From IMG/VR virus record IMGVR_UViG_3300003177_000005, positions 32,001 through 96,000 of that record: DNA of 64,000 bases; one strand, written 5' to 3'. The DNA comes from a virus. Positions 30,366-40,745 of this stretch are shown one piece after another. Within the stretch, counting starts at the first letter, position 1. Every line of letters begins with the position of its first letter. A program made the position numbers and the translations under genes. The notes below the pieces were generated by a model. It was not told the DNA's origin. It ran no database searches and saw only the letters and a list, made by a program, of their open reading frames with translations.

Positions 30366-30929
30366 TTGATAACTTCGAATAAAACAAAAGTATCTGTTAA
30401 AGATACCGAGATAATCTTAAAGAGTTTAGTCGCTAATAATAAAGGTACTAAATTAATTAGTAACATAGAAAAGAAAGGTTTTGAAACTATTACAGCTGTT
30501 TCTAGAAATGATGAAAATGTTATTTTTATAGTTTTTACTAAAGGTTTAAAAAATGATGATCGAGTCTCTATTAGATTCGATTTGATTAGGAATTTATGGA
30601 GAGTAACTTTTGTTGTTATTGGTAAAAGGAAACAACCTGGTGATTTTAAAAAACTATTAAGAGATAATTTAGTTATTATTAGGAAACAGAGTAAGGTTTA
30701 TCTTTTCGATTTAAAGTCTAATAAAAAATTTAATATTCATTTAGATTTACAATTAGAAATGATTAACAATATTAATTATGATAGAGAAAAAAGGGTTTTA
30801 GAAATAGTAGATGATTATGAAAATCTTTTAATTCTAAGATTTGAAGAGACTAAGATTAGTGGTTATACCCATAAAGGTTTTTATCTTAAAGAAATTATTT
30901 TAGGAGAAGAAGATGTTAAAAAAGTATAA
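30366..30929 (+). CDS. Hypothetical protein
   Basis: 187 aa, TTG start behind GGGAG. Confidence 0.7.
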   Translation: MITSNKTKVSVKDTEIILKSLVANNKGTKLISNIEKKGFETITAVSRNDENVIFIVFTKGLKNDDRVSIRFDLIRNLWRVTFVVIGKRKQPGDFKKLLRDNLVIIRKQSKVYLFDLKSNKKFNIHLDLQLEMINNINYDREKRVLEIVDDYENLLILRFEETKISGYTHKGFYLKEIILGEEDVKKV

Positions 30930-31473
30930 TAAAAATGGTTTTGTTATGGAAGAATACAACGATAGAATAAAGTTCTATTCTTATAATACTCCATTATATG
31001 TGAATGTTCTTTATATTAATTTTAAAGATATAGAAAAATATAGTTTTGAGATAGTTACTGTTCTTAAAACTCGCTGTATAATTAATCTTAAAATCAAAAC
31101 AGATCAAGGTATCCTACTAAAAGATTTTCAGATAAGTTTAAGAAAAGAAGAAACTAGATGGTATATCTATCAAATAGTAGATTTAAATAAACAAATGTTT
31201 GAGTCTTTTTTAGAGATTATCGCTCCTGATTTAGTCTTAGCATACACACCAAAAAAAGTGTTAAAATTATTTAGACGGAACTATATACATGTAGATACTC
31301 TTAAATTTGAACCAAATCTTTTCTTAATAGATTATGGTAACCCTATTTTTAACCAGATGACAAGAAAAATAAAAGAATTAGTTCTGTTTAATAAAGATAA
31401 TACAACTTTTATTTTAAAACAATATAAAGATGATAAAGCATTTTATCTAACTAAATTTTTAATAACAAATTAA
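30913..31473 (+). CDS. Hypothetical protein
   Basis: 186 aa, AGGAG RBS. Confidence 0.7.
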   Translation: MLKKYNKNGFVMEEYNDRIKFYSYNTPLYVNVLYINFKDIEKYSFEIVTVLKTRCIINLKIKTDQGILLKDFQISLRKEETRWYIYQIVDLNKQMFESFLEIIAPDLVLAYTPKKVLKLFRRNYIHVDTLKFEPNLFLIDYGNPIFNQMTRKIKELVLFNKDNTTFILKQYKDDKAFYLTKFLITN

Positions 31474-31488
31474 CAAAAAGGAACAGTA

Positions 31489-31866
31489 ATGATTTGGGAA
31501 TTAAAACCAACAAAAGGAAGACCTAAAATAAAAGATTTTATCTATGATAGAATAGGTAGTGAAACGGTTATACCAAATGAGACTAATGTTTTTAGATACA
31601 TAACTATATTGGCTAAATACGAACTTAAAAAAGATTATAAAGAACTAACTATAATCAAGAAGACTAAGTGTACCTTCGAAGCAAAGATAGATAAAGAGTT
31701 AGACCTTGTTATAACAGCCGTTAAAGCAACAGATGAACTTATGTTTAGAACATACTATATTATCAGATATAATAAAAAATATTATATTTGTAGTAATTCA
31801 AAGTATGATAATTTACTAATGAAGTTCATACTAGATCATAGAGCTAGGGTTAACGAAATCAGTTAG
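31489..31866 (+). CDS. Hypothetical protein
   Basis: 125 aa. Confidence 0.7.
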   Translation: MIWELKPTKGRPKIKDFIYDRIGSETVIPNETNVFRYITILAKYELKKDYKELTIIKKTKCTFEAKIDKELDLVITAVKATDELMFRTYYIIRYNKKYYICSNSKYDNLLMKFILDHRARVNEIS

Positions 31867-31875
31867 ATTTTATCA

Positions 31876-31910
31876 ATATATTTTTTTAATTAGTGAGAAA
31901 TATCACTATA
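31876..31910 (+). promoter_or_regulatory. Promoter-like box plus TAGTGA..TCACTA hairpin
   Basis: atatatttttttaat-tagtga-gaaata-tcacta. Confidence 0.6.
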
Positions 31911-31931
31911 TTTTAATTAAGGAGTTAAAAG

Positions 31932-32609
31932 ATGTTTATTAAAGACATAGAATGTCATATCATTTGTTTCCAAAGTGCTGGTTACTATTACTATGGGGAA
32001 TATGTTATTAAAAAAGAGTTTAAAGGTTTGGAGAGTTTCACTGAGTTTTTAAAGAGTATTGATGTTTATTCTATAAGAACTGAATTATTAGAAATGGTAA
32101 AAAATAAGAAAATACCTGAAATGATAAAGGTTGATAGAAAAATAATTAGGGGTTTATTTACTGATAATCTTCTTTCTTCATTAGAAAATAAAGAACTCAT
32201 TAAACTTATTCTAAAAGATGAAGGTTGTCGTAAGTCTTTTTTATACCATTTTCTAAGAAATCCACATTGTCCAAAGGAATACTTAAAAGAAGTCTCTAAA
32301 AGGAAACTAGTCCCAAAAGACTTAGAGGTATGTGCATTATTAAGTAATGAAAACCTACCAAAAAAAGTTATCAATAAGTTTACACCAGAGGTTATGAATA
32401 TTTTCCATCCAGCTTATGATAAAAATCTCTTAGAAGGAGAAAACAGTTATAAGTATAAATTTAGAAAAGCGTTAAAACAATTACCAGACAGATATACTAA
32501 AATTCTCTGTCCAGATTGTAAGGATGTTTTTAATGTTAGGGATTTGAATTTATTTAAGAGATGCCCAAATTGTAGAGATGTAATTAACAAGGAGTTAAAA
32601 GATGTATGA
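31932..32609 (+). CDS. Hypothetical protein with C-terminal zinc ribbon
   Basis: CPDC...CPNC. Confidence 0.72.
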   Translation: MFIKDIECHIICFQSAGYYYYGEYVIKKEFKGLESFTEFLKSIDVYSIRTELLEMVKNKKIPEMIKVDRKIIRGLFTDNLLSSLENKELIKLILKDEGCRKSFLYHFLRNPHCPKEYLKEVSKRKLVPKDLEVCALLSNENLPKKVINKFTPEVMNIFHPAYDKNLLEGENSYKYKFRKALKQLPDRYTKILCPDCKDVFNVRDLNLFKRCPNCRDVINKELKDV

Positions 32610-33216
32610 TGTTGAATTTGATTTACTCTATGAAAAAAATCTTAGTCCAGAGCTGTATATAGCAAAAGAACTAGACTACGAAAGATTCTATAAAGGTTTA
32701 GACCGTATAGTAACTGAATATTTAAATAAAAAATATCCTGATCTAGAAGTTAGTATAAAAAATAACTACAATTTTGGACAAGTACTTCGAGTTTATAAAC
32801 TTAGTGAAAACAAAAGGTTGGTGGTAGTAGAGTTATCAGCTATATTTAGATATGGTAAAACTGTCGTAAAGGAAGCTATAGAAAACATAAGGATAATACC
32901 TTTAGAACTAGAAAATAAACTAGCTGTTTACATCAAAAAGAATATCGTGAAGTCTCGAAAAAGTGAAAAATGGCTTATTGAAATTTTAAGTCAATATGAT
33001 AAGTTTGGTAAGAGTTTAATTACTAATGAAAAAAAATTATGTTTGATAATAAATAGTTTTCTTATTAATATTACCGATCTTGTAGTTGGGTTTCCTACAT
33101 TAGCAACACCATTTAACACATATTTTGATATTACTTCATTTGACTTTGAAAATGATAAACTTAAAGAAAATTTCTTATCTTTAAAAGAAAATCCAGAGGA
33201 GTTAAAGAATGGGTAA
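32602..33216 (+). CDS. Hypothetical protein, paralog of 28593..29156
   Basis: Shared PLEL and INIT.L.VG.P.L motifs. Confidence 0.7.
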   Translation: MYDVEFDLLYEKNLSPELYIAKELDYERFYKGLDRIVTEYLNKKYPDLEVSIKNNYNFGQVLRVYKLSENKRLVVVELSAIFRYGKTVVKEAIENIRIIPLELENKLAVYIKKNIVKSRKSEKWLIEILSQYDKFGKSLITNEKKLCLIINSFLINITDLVVGFPTLATPFNTYFDITSFDFENDKLKENFLSLKENPEELKNG

Positions 33217-33949
33217 TTTTACTAATGAGAGTTATAAAAAAGGTATCGAAAAAGTGAACCTTGTATTTAGAGGTTTAATCGGTATATTTACTTTTGTATT
33301 TATTTTAACTTTATTAAAAAATGTTAATGTTGAATTTATTAGCTTAGAACTAATGTCTTGTTGGTTTCTTGGTATTACAATTTATCAGACATTTAAAACT
33401 GATGCTGATGATAGGGAATTTAATCTTTTCTTATTATCGGTTTATTTGGGTTTAGTTATGGTCACTTTTTTAGGAGATAAACAAAATGAGGATATTTTAA
33501 GAATACTCGAATTCTTATTAGTTTTCTATATGATTGTAACTAATCTTTATTACAATCTCGTTGAATATTTTACATTGTTTAATTACAAAAAAGTTTTATC
33601 CAATGGTCGTAAAATAAGTACTGTTTTATTTAGTTACTTATTACTTAACATTTTACTGGTTATTTTAAATAAAAATATCTGGCATTATGAATTTTTAATA
33701 TATGGTTTAACATTTATCAATTTATTAGTTTTAGTCGGTGTTTATGCGTCGATTTTATTTAACCTTTATAAAAGGGTTAACGGTTTAAAAAGCTTTGAAA
33801 ATGAAGTAATTAACATTGTTCTATTTATTAATGTTTATGGTATGGTCATTTTCTTTGGTGATGTTACTAATTTAAACATACTGTTTAATACAACTTTAGG
33901 TTTACTATTTTCGCTAGTTTTTATTACGCTAAACATAAATGAAGATTAA
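33209..33949 (+). CDS. Polytopic membrane protein
   Basis: About 8 hydrophobic segments in 246 aa. Confidence 0.75.
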   Translation: MGNFTNESYKKGIEKVNLVFRGLIGIFTFVFILTLLKNVNVEFISLELMSCWFLGITIYQTFKTDADDREFNLFLLSVYLGLVMVTFLGDKQNEDILRILEFLLVFYMIVTNLYYNLVEYFTLFNYKKVLSNGRKISTVLFSYLLLNILLVILNKNIWHYEFLIYGLTFINLLVLVGVYASILFNLYKRVNGLKSFENEVINIVLFINVYGMVIFFGDVTNLNILFNTTLGLLFSLVFITLNINED

Positions 33950-34012
33950 AAGATCGAAAGTCTTTACTACTTACCGATGTAAGTAGTAAAGTAAACATAA
34001 AAGGATTCAAAA

Positions 34013-35375
34013 ATGAAAAAAAGGTTAAACAAAATAAAGATATCAGGTAAGCAATATGGCTTATCTGATAAAAAGGTTTTAAGTTGGTTAGAGTACAAAA
34101 AAGGTAAAATGAATGAACCATTTAGAGTTTTAGATACATATTATTTCTCAGATGGTGGAATTTTAGTAACTGATATAATGTATGATTCAGTTCATACTAT
34201 AAAAGAGTCGGATATGCTACAAGAGTATAAAACAAATGTAGTTGAACTAAACAAAAGAGATGACGAACTCTTTATTGTTGAGGAAGATAAGAACTTTCCT
34301 AAACTTTTTAATATTAATAGTAAAGTTGTTAAAGAAAAAATTGAGAAGGAAATTACTACCGGTATGTTAGAGTTAAAAAATGGTAGGTTTATAGAAAAAA
34401 AAACATCTTACTCCATTAATAACATTCTTAAAAACATATGAGAATCTTAATAACCAAACATTAACAGATTTCGCCAAATGGCTTGATAAGTTTTTTGATT
34501 TAGAGTACTTATATATCAATAGTAATAATATTGGTAGTATTTACATCATAACTGATTTTGAACAAGTGAAAAAACATGGTATTGAGTTACTTGAATTTGG
34601 TTTAGACAATTTACCAAAACGATTTTGCAAAGTTGGGTTTACAACTATAAGAAGTCATAAAGATAATAGTGAATGTCTTATAAACGGATATATGTTATAT
34701 AGTGTTGATTTGGACGAGGTGTTAGTTTCTTATACCGAAAATAAATATATTATTTATCAAAGTGATGAACCAAATTATAGCCATACGGAATATATAAACC
34801 CTCATTTTAGGCACATGGATACTACTTCAGTTTTTAGTGATAGGAGTTTAGAGAAGATAATAAATTTCTTTAATCTAAGTAACTTAGACATTATTTATGT
34901 GGACAATTATCCATATCTAATTGTTACTAGTAATATACTAAAACCAATAGGTACTGTTCTAAGTACTCTATATAGAGTCTTAAATAAAGGTGAATACGAA
35001 CTTAGAAGTAAGGTGGAGGATAAGTTTAAAACATCCATTACCTTGAACTATAGTGTTGAGGATAAAGTCGCAGAAAAGATACTTAATGCGATACACGATA
35101 TAAAAGTAAGAAAACTTCGTTCATATCTATTATCAAGAGATAATTCACAGTATAAACTAAATCATATTAATAACTGGGCAAAAAGACATAGTGATACAAC
35201 ATCTAATTTTAACTATGAAAAAGGTTTTGTAGATTTAATAATAAAAGATGATTTTGGACTTATAGAAGAAGATACATATTTGCCAGAGGTTTACTTACAT
35301 ATTACTAAAGAGTCTACATATTATACCTTTAGTAAAGAAAAGTTTAAGAATAAAGATTTTGATATTAAATTATAA
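34013..35375 (+). pseudogene. Single hypothetical gene split by frameshift at A9 (34395-34403)
   Basis: Removing one A joins 34013.. to an open frame (KHLTPLITFLKTYENL...) running into 34566..35375. Confidence 0.65.
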
Positions 35376-35384
35376 GGAGAAAAA

Positions 35385-36009
35385 ATGAAAATTATTACAG
35401 GATTTGAGGTATTCGATAAAAATGGTGGTTTACAACTAGGTGATGTTGTTAATGTATTTAAAACAGTATATTCAGGTGGAAGTATCTTTCTTAATAACTT
35501 AGCCTTTAATATTGTTGTTAAAAATAATAATTATGTATGTTTTTTGTTATAATGATAAGAATGATGATTTGGTCTATGTAGCAACTAAAGTTAAAGAGTT
35601 TTTTAGAAAAAGGTCTTGGAATCTAAATGTTTTACAAAAATATCTAGAAAAAGAAGACCTTATAAAGATAGCTAATTCAAATGTTGATATTTTTATAAGT
35701 GATACAATAGTTAGAAGAGATATATTCAATAATGAGATTAAGGAGCTGTTTAATAAAAATAAAAAACTCTTTATACAAACTCATAATATACCTTTAACGT
35801 GTTTAGTAGATAGTGAAGCAAAAGAATTTTTAAATGTTATTTTAAAACAACAAGCTCAATATGTAGATCGGTCTATTAGACTAATTCAAGATGAAAATGA
35901 TAAAACAGTTATCACACTTAACAATATCGAAGTATCAGATGATGATGCTAAAGAAAAACAATTTGATACTTTAAAATTAGCTAGGAATCGCAAAATAACT
36001 AATGTATAG
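35385..36009 (+). pseudogene. Degenerate RecA-fold (DnaB/KaiC-like) protein, frameshifted at T6
   Basis: MKIITGFEVFDKNGGLQLGDVV..YSGGSIFLNNLAFNI; Walker B-like VDIFISD; one-T indel at 35540-35545. Confidence 0.55.
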
Positions 36010-36020
36010 TAGATATAATT

Positions 36021-36632
36021 ATGGTTATGAAAAAAATACAACAAAACAAGTTTACCAGATTGCTTGATAAAATAAAAAACCAAATTAAAAATTATTGGTT
36101 GAAGGTTAATGGAAATAGTGATAGAGGTTGTCAACAAGTGAAAACAGATGATTTTTTAAATGATAATAATTTTCTTTTAACTTATTCCATTTTAAAAATA
36201 AAGGATAAAAGTTTAACTCATTTTATAGCTAATCATTGTTTACTCTTTCATAAGGGTGAAGGTTACTTTAAGGGTGGAAAATACTTTAAAAAGTCAACAT
36301 TTAACTATATGTGTCCCAAAGAACCTGAATATACAGAAATGTATATAAAAGACCAAGACTATGGGATTACTGATTATAAGTTTATAAACAGATTTGAGTT
36401 CTACAAAAGTATAGAGGACTATGAACTAAAAATTGAAATAACTGGTTACATATTAGATGGGTGTACTGATATTTATTTTGAAGTCATTGAGGTTGATGAC
36501 AAAATACTTATCATTACTAATGAAGATAATTTAATAAATGATAGTTGTAAAAGTTTTTTTAACATCAAAAAGAATGTTAAGAAAAGTCTCTATTTTATAA
36601 TTAAAGATTTTATTAAAGAAAACAATAATTAA
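36021..36632 (+). CDS. Hypothetical protein
   Basis: Up to 203 aa; start uncertain. Confidence 0.65.
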   Translation: MVMKKIQQNKFTRLLDKIKNQIKNYWLKVNGNSDRGCQQVKTDDFLNDNNFLLTYSILKIKDKSLTHFIANHCLLFHKGEGYFKGGKYFKKSTFNYMCPKEPEYTEMYIKDQDYGITDYKFINRFEFYKSIEDYELKIEITGYILDGCTDIYFEVIEVDDKILIITNEDNLINDSCKSFFNIKKNVKKSLYFIIKDFIKENNN

Positions 36633-36646
36633 AAAAAGGAAGTAAA

Positions 36647-37144
36647 ATGAAGTTTAAATTTGAAGAAAAGAAAGTATTCACAGTAAAGGAAGACGAATTG
36701 ACACTCCTTAATATTGAATACGGTGAATATGGTTTCGATATTGTTCCTGATAGAGTATTTCCCGATAAACATTTAATCCTAGAGGTATTATTAACAATAA
36801 AAGAAACACCTAAATATTTGGATGATGTTGAATTTAAGAAAAATATTGATATGTTAACTGACGGTCTGGAATCGTTAATAGAGGATGGGTTTGTTTTTGA
36901 AAATTTAGATCATAATGAAAATGATTTTAATTTTGTTTCAAATGAAGATTTAAAAGATATTCTGCGTAATTTAGAAAATGGTGTTCCTTATGGTAATATA
37001 ATAGCCGTACAAGATTTCATAAATATCACAAGAGACAAAACTGTTTTGGGTGAAGAGTATACAAAAATTTTAGATGAGGTTAAAAATAAGACTGTTACTA
37101 TTAATGATCTTAAAAATCGTAAAGAAAGTAGACAAACAGATTGA
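36647..37144 (+). CDS. Hypothetical acidic protein
   Basis: 165 aa, AAGGAAG RBS. Confidence 0.72.
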   Translation: MKFKFEEKKVFTVKEDELTLLNIEYGEYGFDIVPDRVFPDKHLILEVLLTIKETPKYLDDVEFKKNIDMLTDGLESLIEDGFVFENLDHNENDFNFVSNEDLKDILRNLENGVPYGNIIAVQDFINITRDKTVLGEEYTKILDEVKNKTVTINDLKNRKESRQTD

Positions 37145-37575
37145 GATAAAAAAACTGTACAATTTTTTAAATAATTTTATTGTAACCGCGTTAATATCAC
37201 CATTATTTTTGATGACAAGTTTAACTATTATTGATCTTGAAAAAGTATTAATTATTGATTGGGTTTTTCTACTATCTTCTTTTACATTGTTCGTAATTGA
37301 TGATATGTTCTTGAAACTTTAAGAAAGGAAGAAAATGTATGAAATAAAGTCAGATGATCCTAAGGAAGATATAATAAATATTATAACTACTAAGGAAGGT
37401 AAAGAGCAAGAGATAGCTCTTGGCCTAAAAGAAGAATATTACGGAGATAAGGAAAAAATAAAAGAATGTTCCAATCTGTAGTAAAATGGTTATATCTAGT
37501 TACATCTATAATAGATAGTAACTATATTTTGCATTTAGCCAGTTTAAGAGATAATATATTAAATGGGAGAGAAAA

Positions 37576-38055
37576 ATGTTTAAAGTAAAAAGAAAAGATT
37601 TAAAAGTTGAGTTCAAACTAATTAAAGAAAATAAGGAACAGTTAATTGTCGAAGTTAAAAATATTGATGTCTCTATAGTTAGATTAGTCCTATCTAGTAA
37701 ATATGCTAATGTTTCTCTATATGAAAATTTAATTAGTGTTGAATTTGCTAGGGAGTTAATGGAATTTATATTAACTCACGAAGATTTCAAAAAGTTTATT
37801 GGTACCGTATACGAAGATATTTTAAAAATGAATTTTATAGAACCTATTAAAGAAGAAAATTTTAAAGAAGGTTTTAGTTCTCTGAAAGATGGTATATTAG
37901 ATGAACTAGGTTATGATGACTTCTTAATGCCTGTAAAGTCATTGGTGTTAGCAGAAATGATAGTGTCTGGTATAGATGAAGCTAGACTAAATGAAAAACA
38001 ACTAAAAGCTCTTAATAATCTTAAAGATAAAATGATTATTGGTATAGATGGTTAA
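37576..38055 (+). CDS. Hypothetical protein
   Basis: 159 aa, GGGAG RBS. Confidence 0.72.
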   Translation: MFKVKRKDLKVEFKLIKENKEQLIVEVKNIDVSIVRLVLSSKYANVSLYENLISVEFARELMEFILTHEDFKKFIGTVYEDILKMNFIEPIKEENFKEGFSSLKDGILDELGYDDFLMPVKSLVLAEMIVSGIDEARLNEKQLKALNNLKDKMIIGIDG

Positions 38056-38085
38056 TACATAGTACTCTAATTAGAGTACTATGTA
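38056..38085 (+). terminator. Hairpin terminator
   Basis: tacatagtactct/agagtactatgta right after stop codon. Confidence 0.65.
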
Positions 38086-38117
38086 TAAGAATTATTATTT
38101 AAATCGATTTTTTTATC

Positions 38118-38249
38118 CATATATTATTAATATAGTGAATGACATCACTGTAGTTGTCTCAACTATGTTGATATTAGATATATTGTGAGATATATCGATC
38201 TTCTTAACTTTACACATAGGGGTAAGAGTTATTTTTAAAAGGAGAAAAT
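38118..38249 (+). promoter_or_regulatory. Promoter plus structured 5' leader, copy 3
   Basis: Same promoter/P1; P2 tcaac/gttga; P3 gatatatt-GTGA-gatatatc; divergent P4 taact-ttac/gtaa-g-agtta. Confidence 0.75.
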
Positions 38250-38806
38250 ATGTGGTGGAAGAGGGTTAAATATCTTGATGAACATAAAAAGGATAATAAA
38301 TTTAAAAACCTATCTTGGTATAAGGATGACATATATCTGTCGCCTTATGTACCATATAGGGAAGTAAAGGAAATCAAGTGGCTACTAATATTAAATCATA
38401 ACGATCAAATATTAGATACCCTTAATAAAGGGTATGAGTTGTTTAAAAGAGAGAGAGAAGTGGTGGTGACCACTCTCTCTTTTCTAAAATTGAAGCATTT
38501 CTAGCTCTAGATGACCAGAGGTTAGAAGTTGCTGATTTTATGGAAAAGGCTGGTTTCAAAGAACATGGGACCACCTTCCATAAGGGGTGGATAAGAGGTG
38601 TAAACTCTAAAACTGTCGGTGGTAACGACGGTTATAGAGGTTACTATAAACAAGAGGAGATTTTATGGGTGTCTCCTCTTGACGCATTCAAAACTTTATA
38701 CCTCTCAGGGTATAAAGAATACGAAGTGATGTTGGAAAAAGGTGAGGAGTGGTATGACTCCTTTGTATCCTCTGTAACAATAGTGGATGTTGTTTATGAG
38801 GCGTAA
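38250..38806 (+). pseudogene. Cassette 3 gene split at an (AG)5 repeat
   Basis: Deleting one AG at 38448-38457 gives FKRERSGGDHSLFSKIEAFLALDDQRLEVADF-MEKAG joining both ORFs. Confidence 0.65.
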
Positions 38807-38897
38807 GCCTCTGAAAGGATTTTTCTTTTTTTATTTAATTCCTTTCTTTTTTATACATATATTGTTTAATTAACCAAAAAATAACAAAGGAGGAGTT

Positions 38898-39671
38898 ATG
38901 GCATTAACAGCTATGTATATGTTACATAGAGTTTTACACAAAGATATCGATACCAGGATACCTGGCGGTGCAACTAATATAAAGATCAAGTACCATGGTA
39001 AGTGGTACAAACAAAAAGAGTTAAAAAAACTGTGGTCTATCAAAGGTAACAAAATTACCCATAGACCTAATTACAAGGTTATTAAACACCCTAAGAACAT
39101 AAGACGGTTACATGTTCTAAAAGGGCTAGCAAAGATATATAAATATGGTGACAGAATAGATAATGTATATGAAATTACTAAATTTATATTTAAAAAGGTA
39201 GACACATATAGTAAGTCTCACCACTATTTTAATAGGGGTAGACATAAACTATATAAAGTTTACAAAGAATTGGAGTACTTAAGAAGTCACTCCAAAAGGT
39301 ATTCCTCGTCTTATAATAACTGGACAACTCAAATAATCAGGATTGGTCAGAGTTTCCAACAAAATTATAATATGAGTATAAAAGAGTACGAACATTCTCG
39401 TGCAAATAGTAGGGACCGTCACTACTATACACACCAAGATATACGAGCTGTATCAAAAAGAGTGGCTCGTATAAAGAGAATGTTCAGAATAAAAGGTGAC
39501 TGGTATTATGCTAAAACATATAATAAATACCATCACCATAGTGAGTATATAGCTCGTATAGATAGAGCTAAAAAATATACTCATAAACGACACCATAAAA
39601 AACTAAACAAGATGTTATTATACCATCAGCGTAAACAGATGGAATACGCTGTTGCGTTGCGTATGGTATAG
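38898..39671 (+). CDS. Highly basic His/Lys/Tyr/Arg-rich protein
   Basis: 257 aa, GGAGGAG RBS, CATATATTGTTTAA box upstream, terminator hairpin downstream. Confidence 0.8.
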   Translation: MALTAMYMLHRVLHKDIDTRIPGGATNIKIKYHGKWYKQKELKKLWSIKGNKITHRPNYKVIKHPKNIRRLHVLKGLAKIYKYGDRIDNVYEITKFIFKKVDTYSKSHHYFNRGRHKLYKVYKELEYLRSHSKRYSSSYNNWTTQIIRIGQSFQQNYNMSIKEYEHSRANSRDRHYYTHQDIRAVSKRVARIKRMFRIKGDWYYAKTYNKYHHHSEYIARIDRAKKYTHKRHHKKLNKMLLYHQRKQMEYAVALRMV

Positions 39672-39776
39672 AGGATTTGAAACTCCTCTATCTTGTTTTC
39701 TTTTTTTTTTGTTTAAATCTTGATAGTTTTATACATATATAATTTATCTGTAATTAAAAATAAAAAAAGGATTAAT

Positions 39777-40286
39777 ATGATTCATTTAGATTTTTTCCAG
39801 GAAATGTTTACTCCTGGTAAAGTAACTGCAATTTTAGACAATGAGGATGGTTCTCAAACAGCCTCATTAGTTCTAGATACAGGAGAGTTAGTAGAAGCTC
39901 CTGTGATTGATGGTCTTAGTATAGGTGTTACTTATCTAGTAAAAACTGAAGATATAGTAACTGAAAGTGGTAAAGGTGTTGTCGAGAATCTTTACAAAGA
40001 AGATGCAAAAGAGATATATATTCTTAGCATCGACCTTAATCACAACACTAAGATAACAGATTATCTTAAGGTAGAAAAAGTTGGTCTACCTGAAGATGAA
40101 AATACAGAGTATATAGAACTAAACGTAGATGTTTTTGATAGAGAGATTCATACCCCTATAAATAAACTTCTACAAAAGCATCTTATTTATTCAGTATCTG
40201 TCCAAACAGATACAAAAGGAGATAATGATTACAATAAAGATTTGCTTGATAAAGCAGTAAAAGAGCAAATAAAGTTAGCAGCATAG
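39777..40286 (+). CDS. Hypothetical acidic protein
   Basis: Start moved to ATG 39777 behind AAGGA. Confidence 0.72.
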   Translation: MIHLDFFQEMFTPGKVTAILDNEDGSQTASLVLDTGELVEAPVIDGLSIGVTYLVKTEDIVTESGKGVVENLYKEDAKEIYILSIDLNHNTKITDYLKVEKVGLPEDENTEYIELNVDVFDREIHTPINKLLQKHLIYSVSVQTDTKGDNDYNKDLLDKAVKEQIKLAA

Positions 40287-40341
40287 TTTTTACTATGTTG
40301 TTAACATATTAATCATTTTATTTATATTATTTTTTTCTATT

Positions 40342-40745
40342 TAGTGATGGGCATCGTTTCCAGTCAGAATGATCAAGTAGGTATAATTTAGTTATATGCG
40401 AACCACATTCCCATACAGGAAAACTGCCCTAGTTTGTCTCGTAAGTTCTAGTAGTATATACAATATCTTTGCCTTTATGGTGTAAGTGCGATAATATATA
40501 TGGGGGATGTTGGTAACGCAACATCTTGGTTCTAGAGGCAACTTACCTCGATAGTGTCCTAAGCTGAGCATCCTATAGGTCTTCGGATCTATAGGGTGTG
40601 AGGTGGATGGGTCAGAGGAAAGTTGTAGACGAATGCACCAGTAACTGCTGGTGAAATCCAATCAGAAGTCGTGGGGGAAGTGGGGGTACGATCAAAGTGG
40701 CCCAAAGGGCATCCGCTTAGACAGCAAGATATCGCTAGATATCAA
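40342..40745 (+). ncRNA. Candidate large structured non-coding RNA
   Basis: GC-rich island with no RBS-supported ORF; hairpins catcctataggtc-TTCG-gatctatagggtg, gatgttg/caacatc, caccagt/gctggtg, gccc/gggc; long-range aggtggatg/catccgctt. Confidence 0.65.

Noticed and set aside
40392-40661. 89-aa minus-strand ORF over the GC island
   Set aside because: No RBS, atypical composition; G-U pairs and the UUCG loop favour a plus-strand RNA.
40614-40720. RNase P RNA (GAGGAAAGT and ..GCTTA motifs)
   Set aside because: The motifs are only about 100 nt apart, P4 pairing is not satisfied and GAGGAAAG is not near the 5' end.
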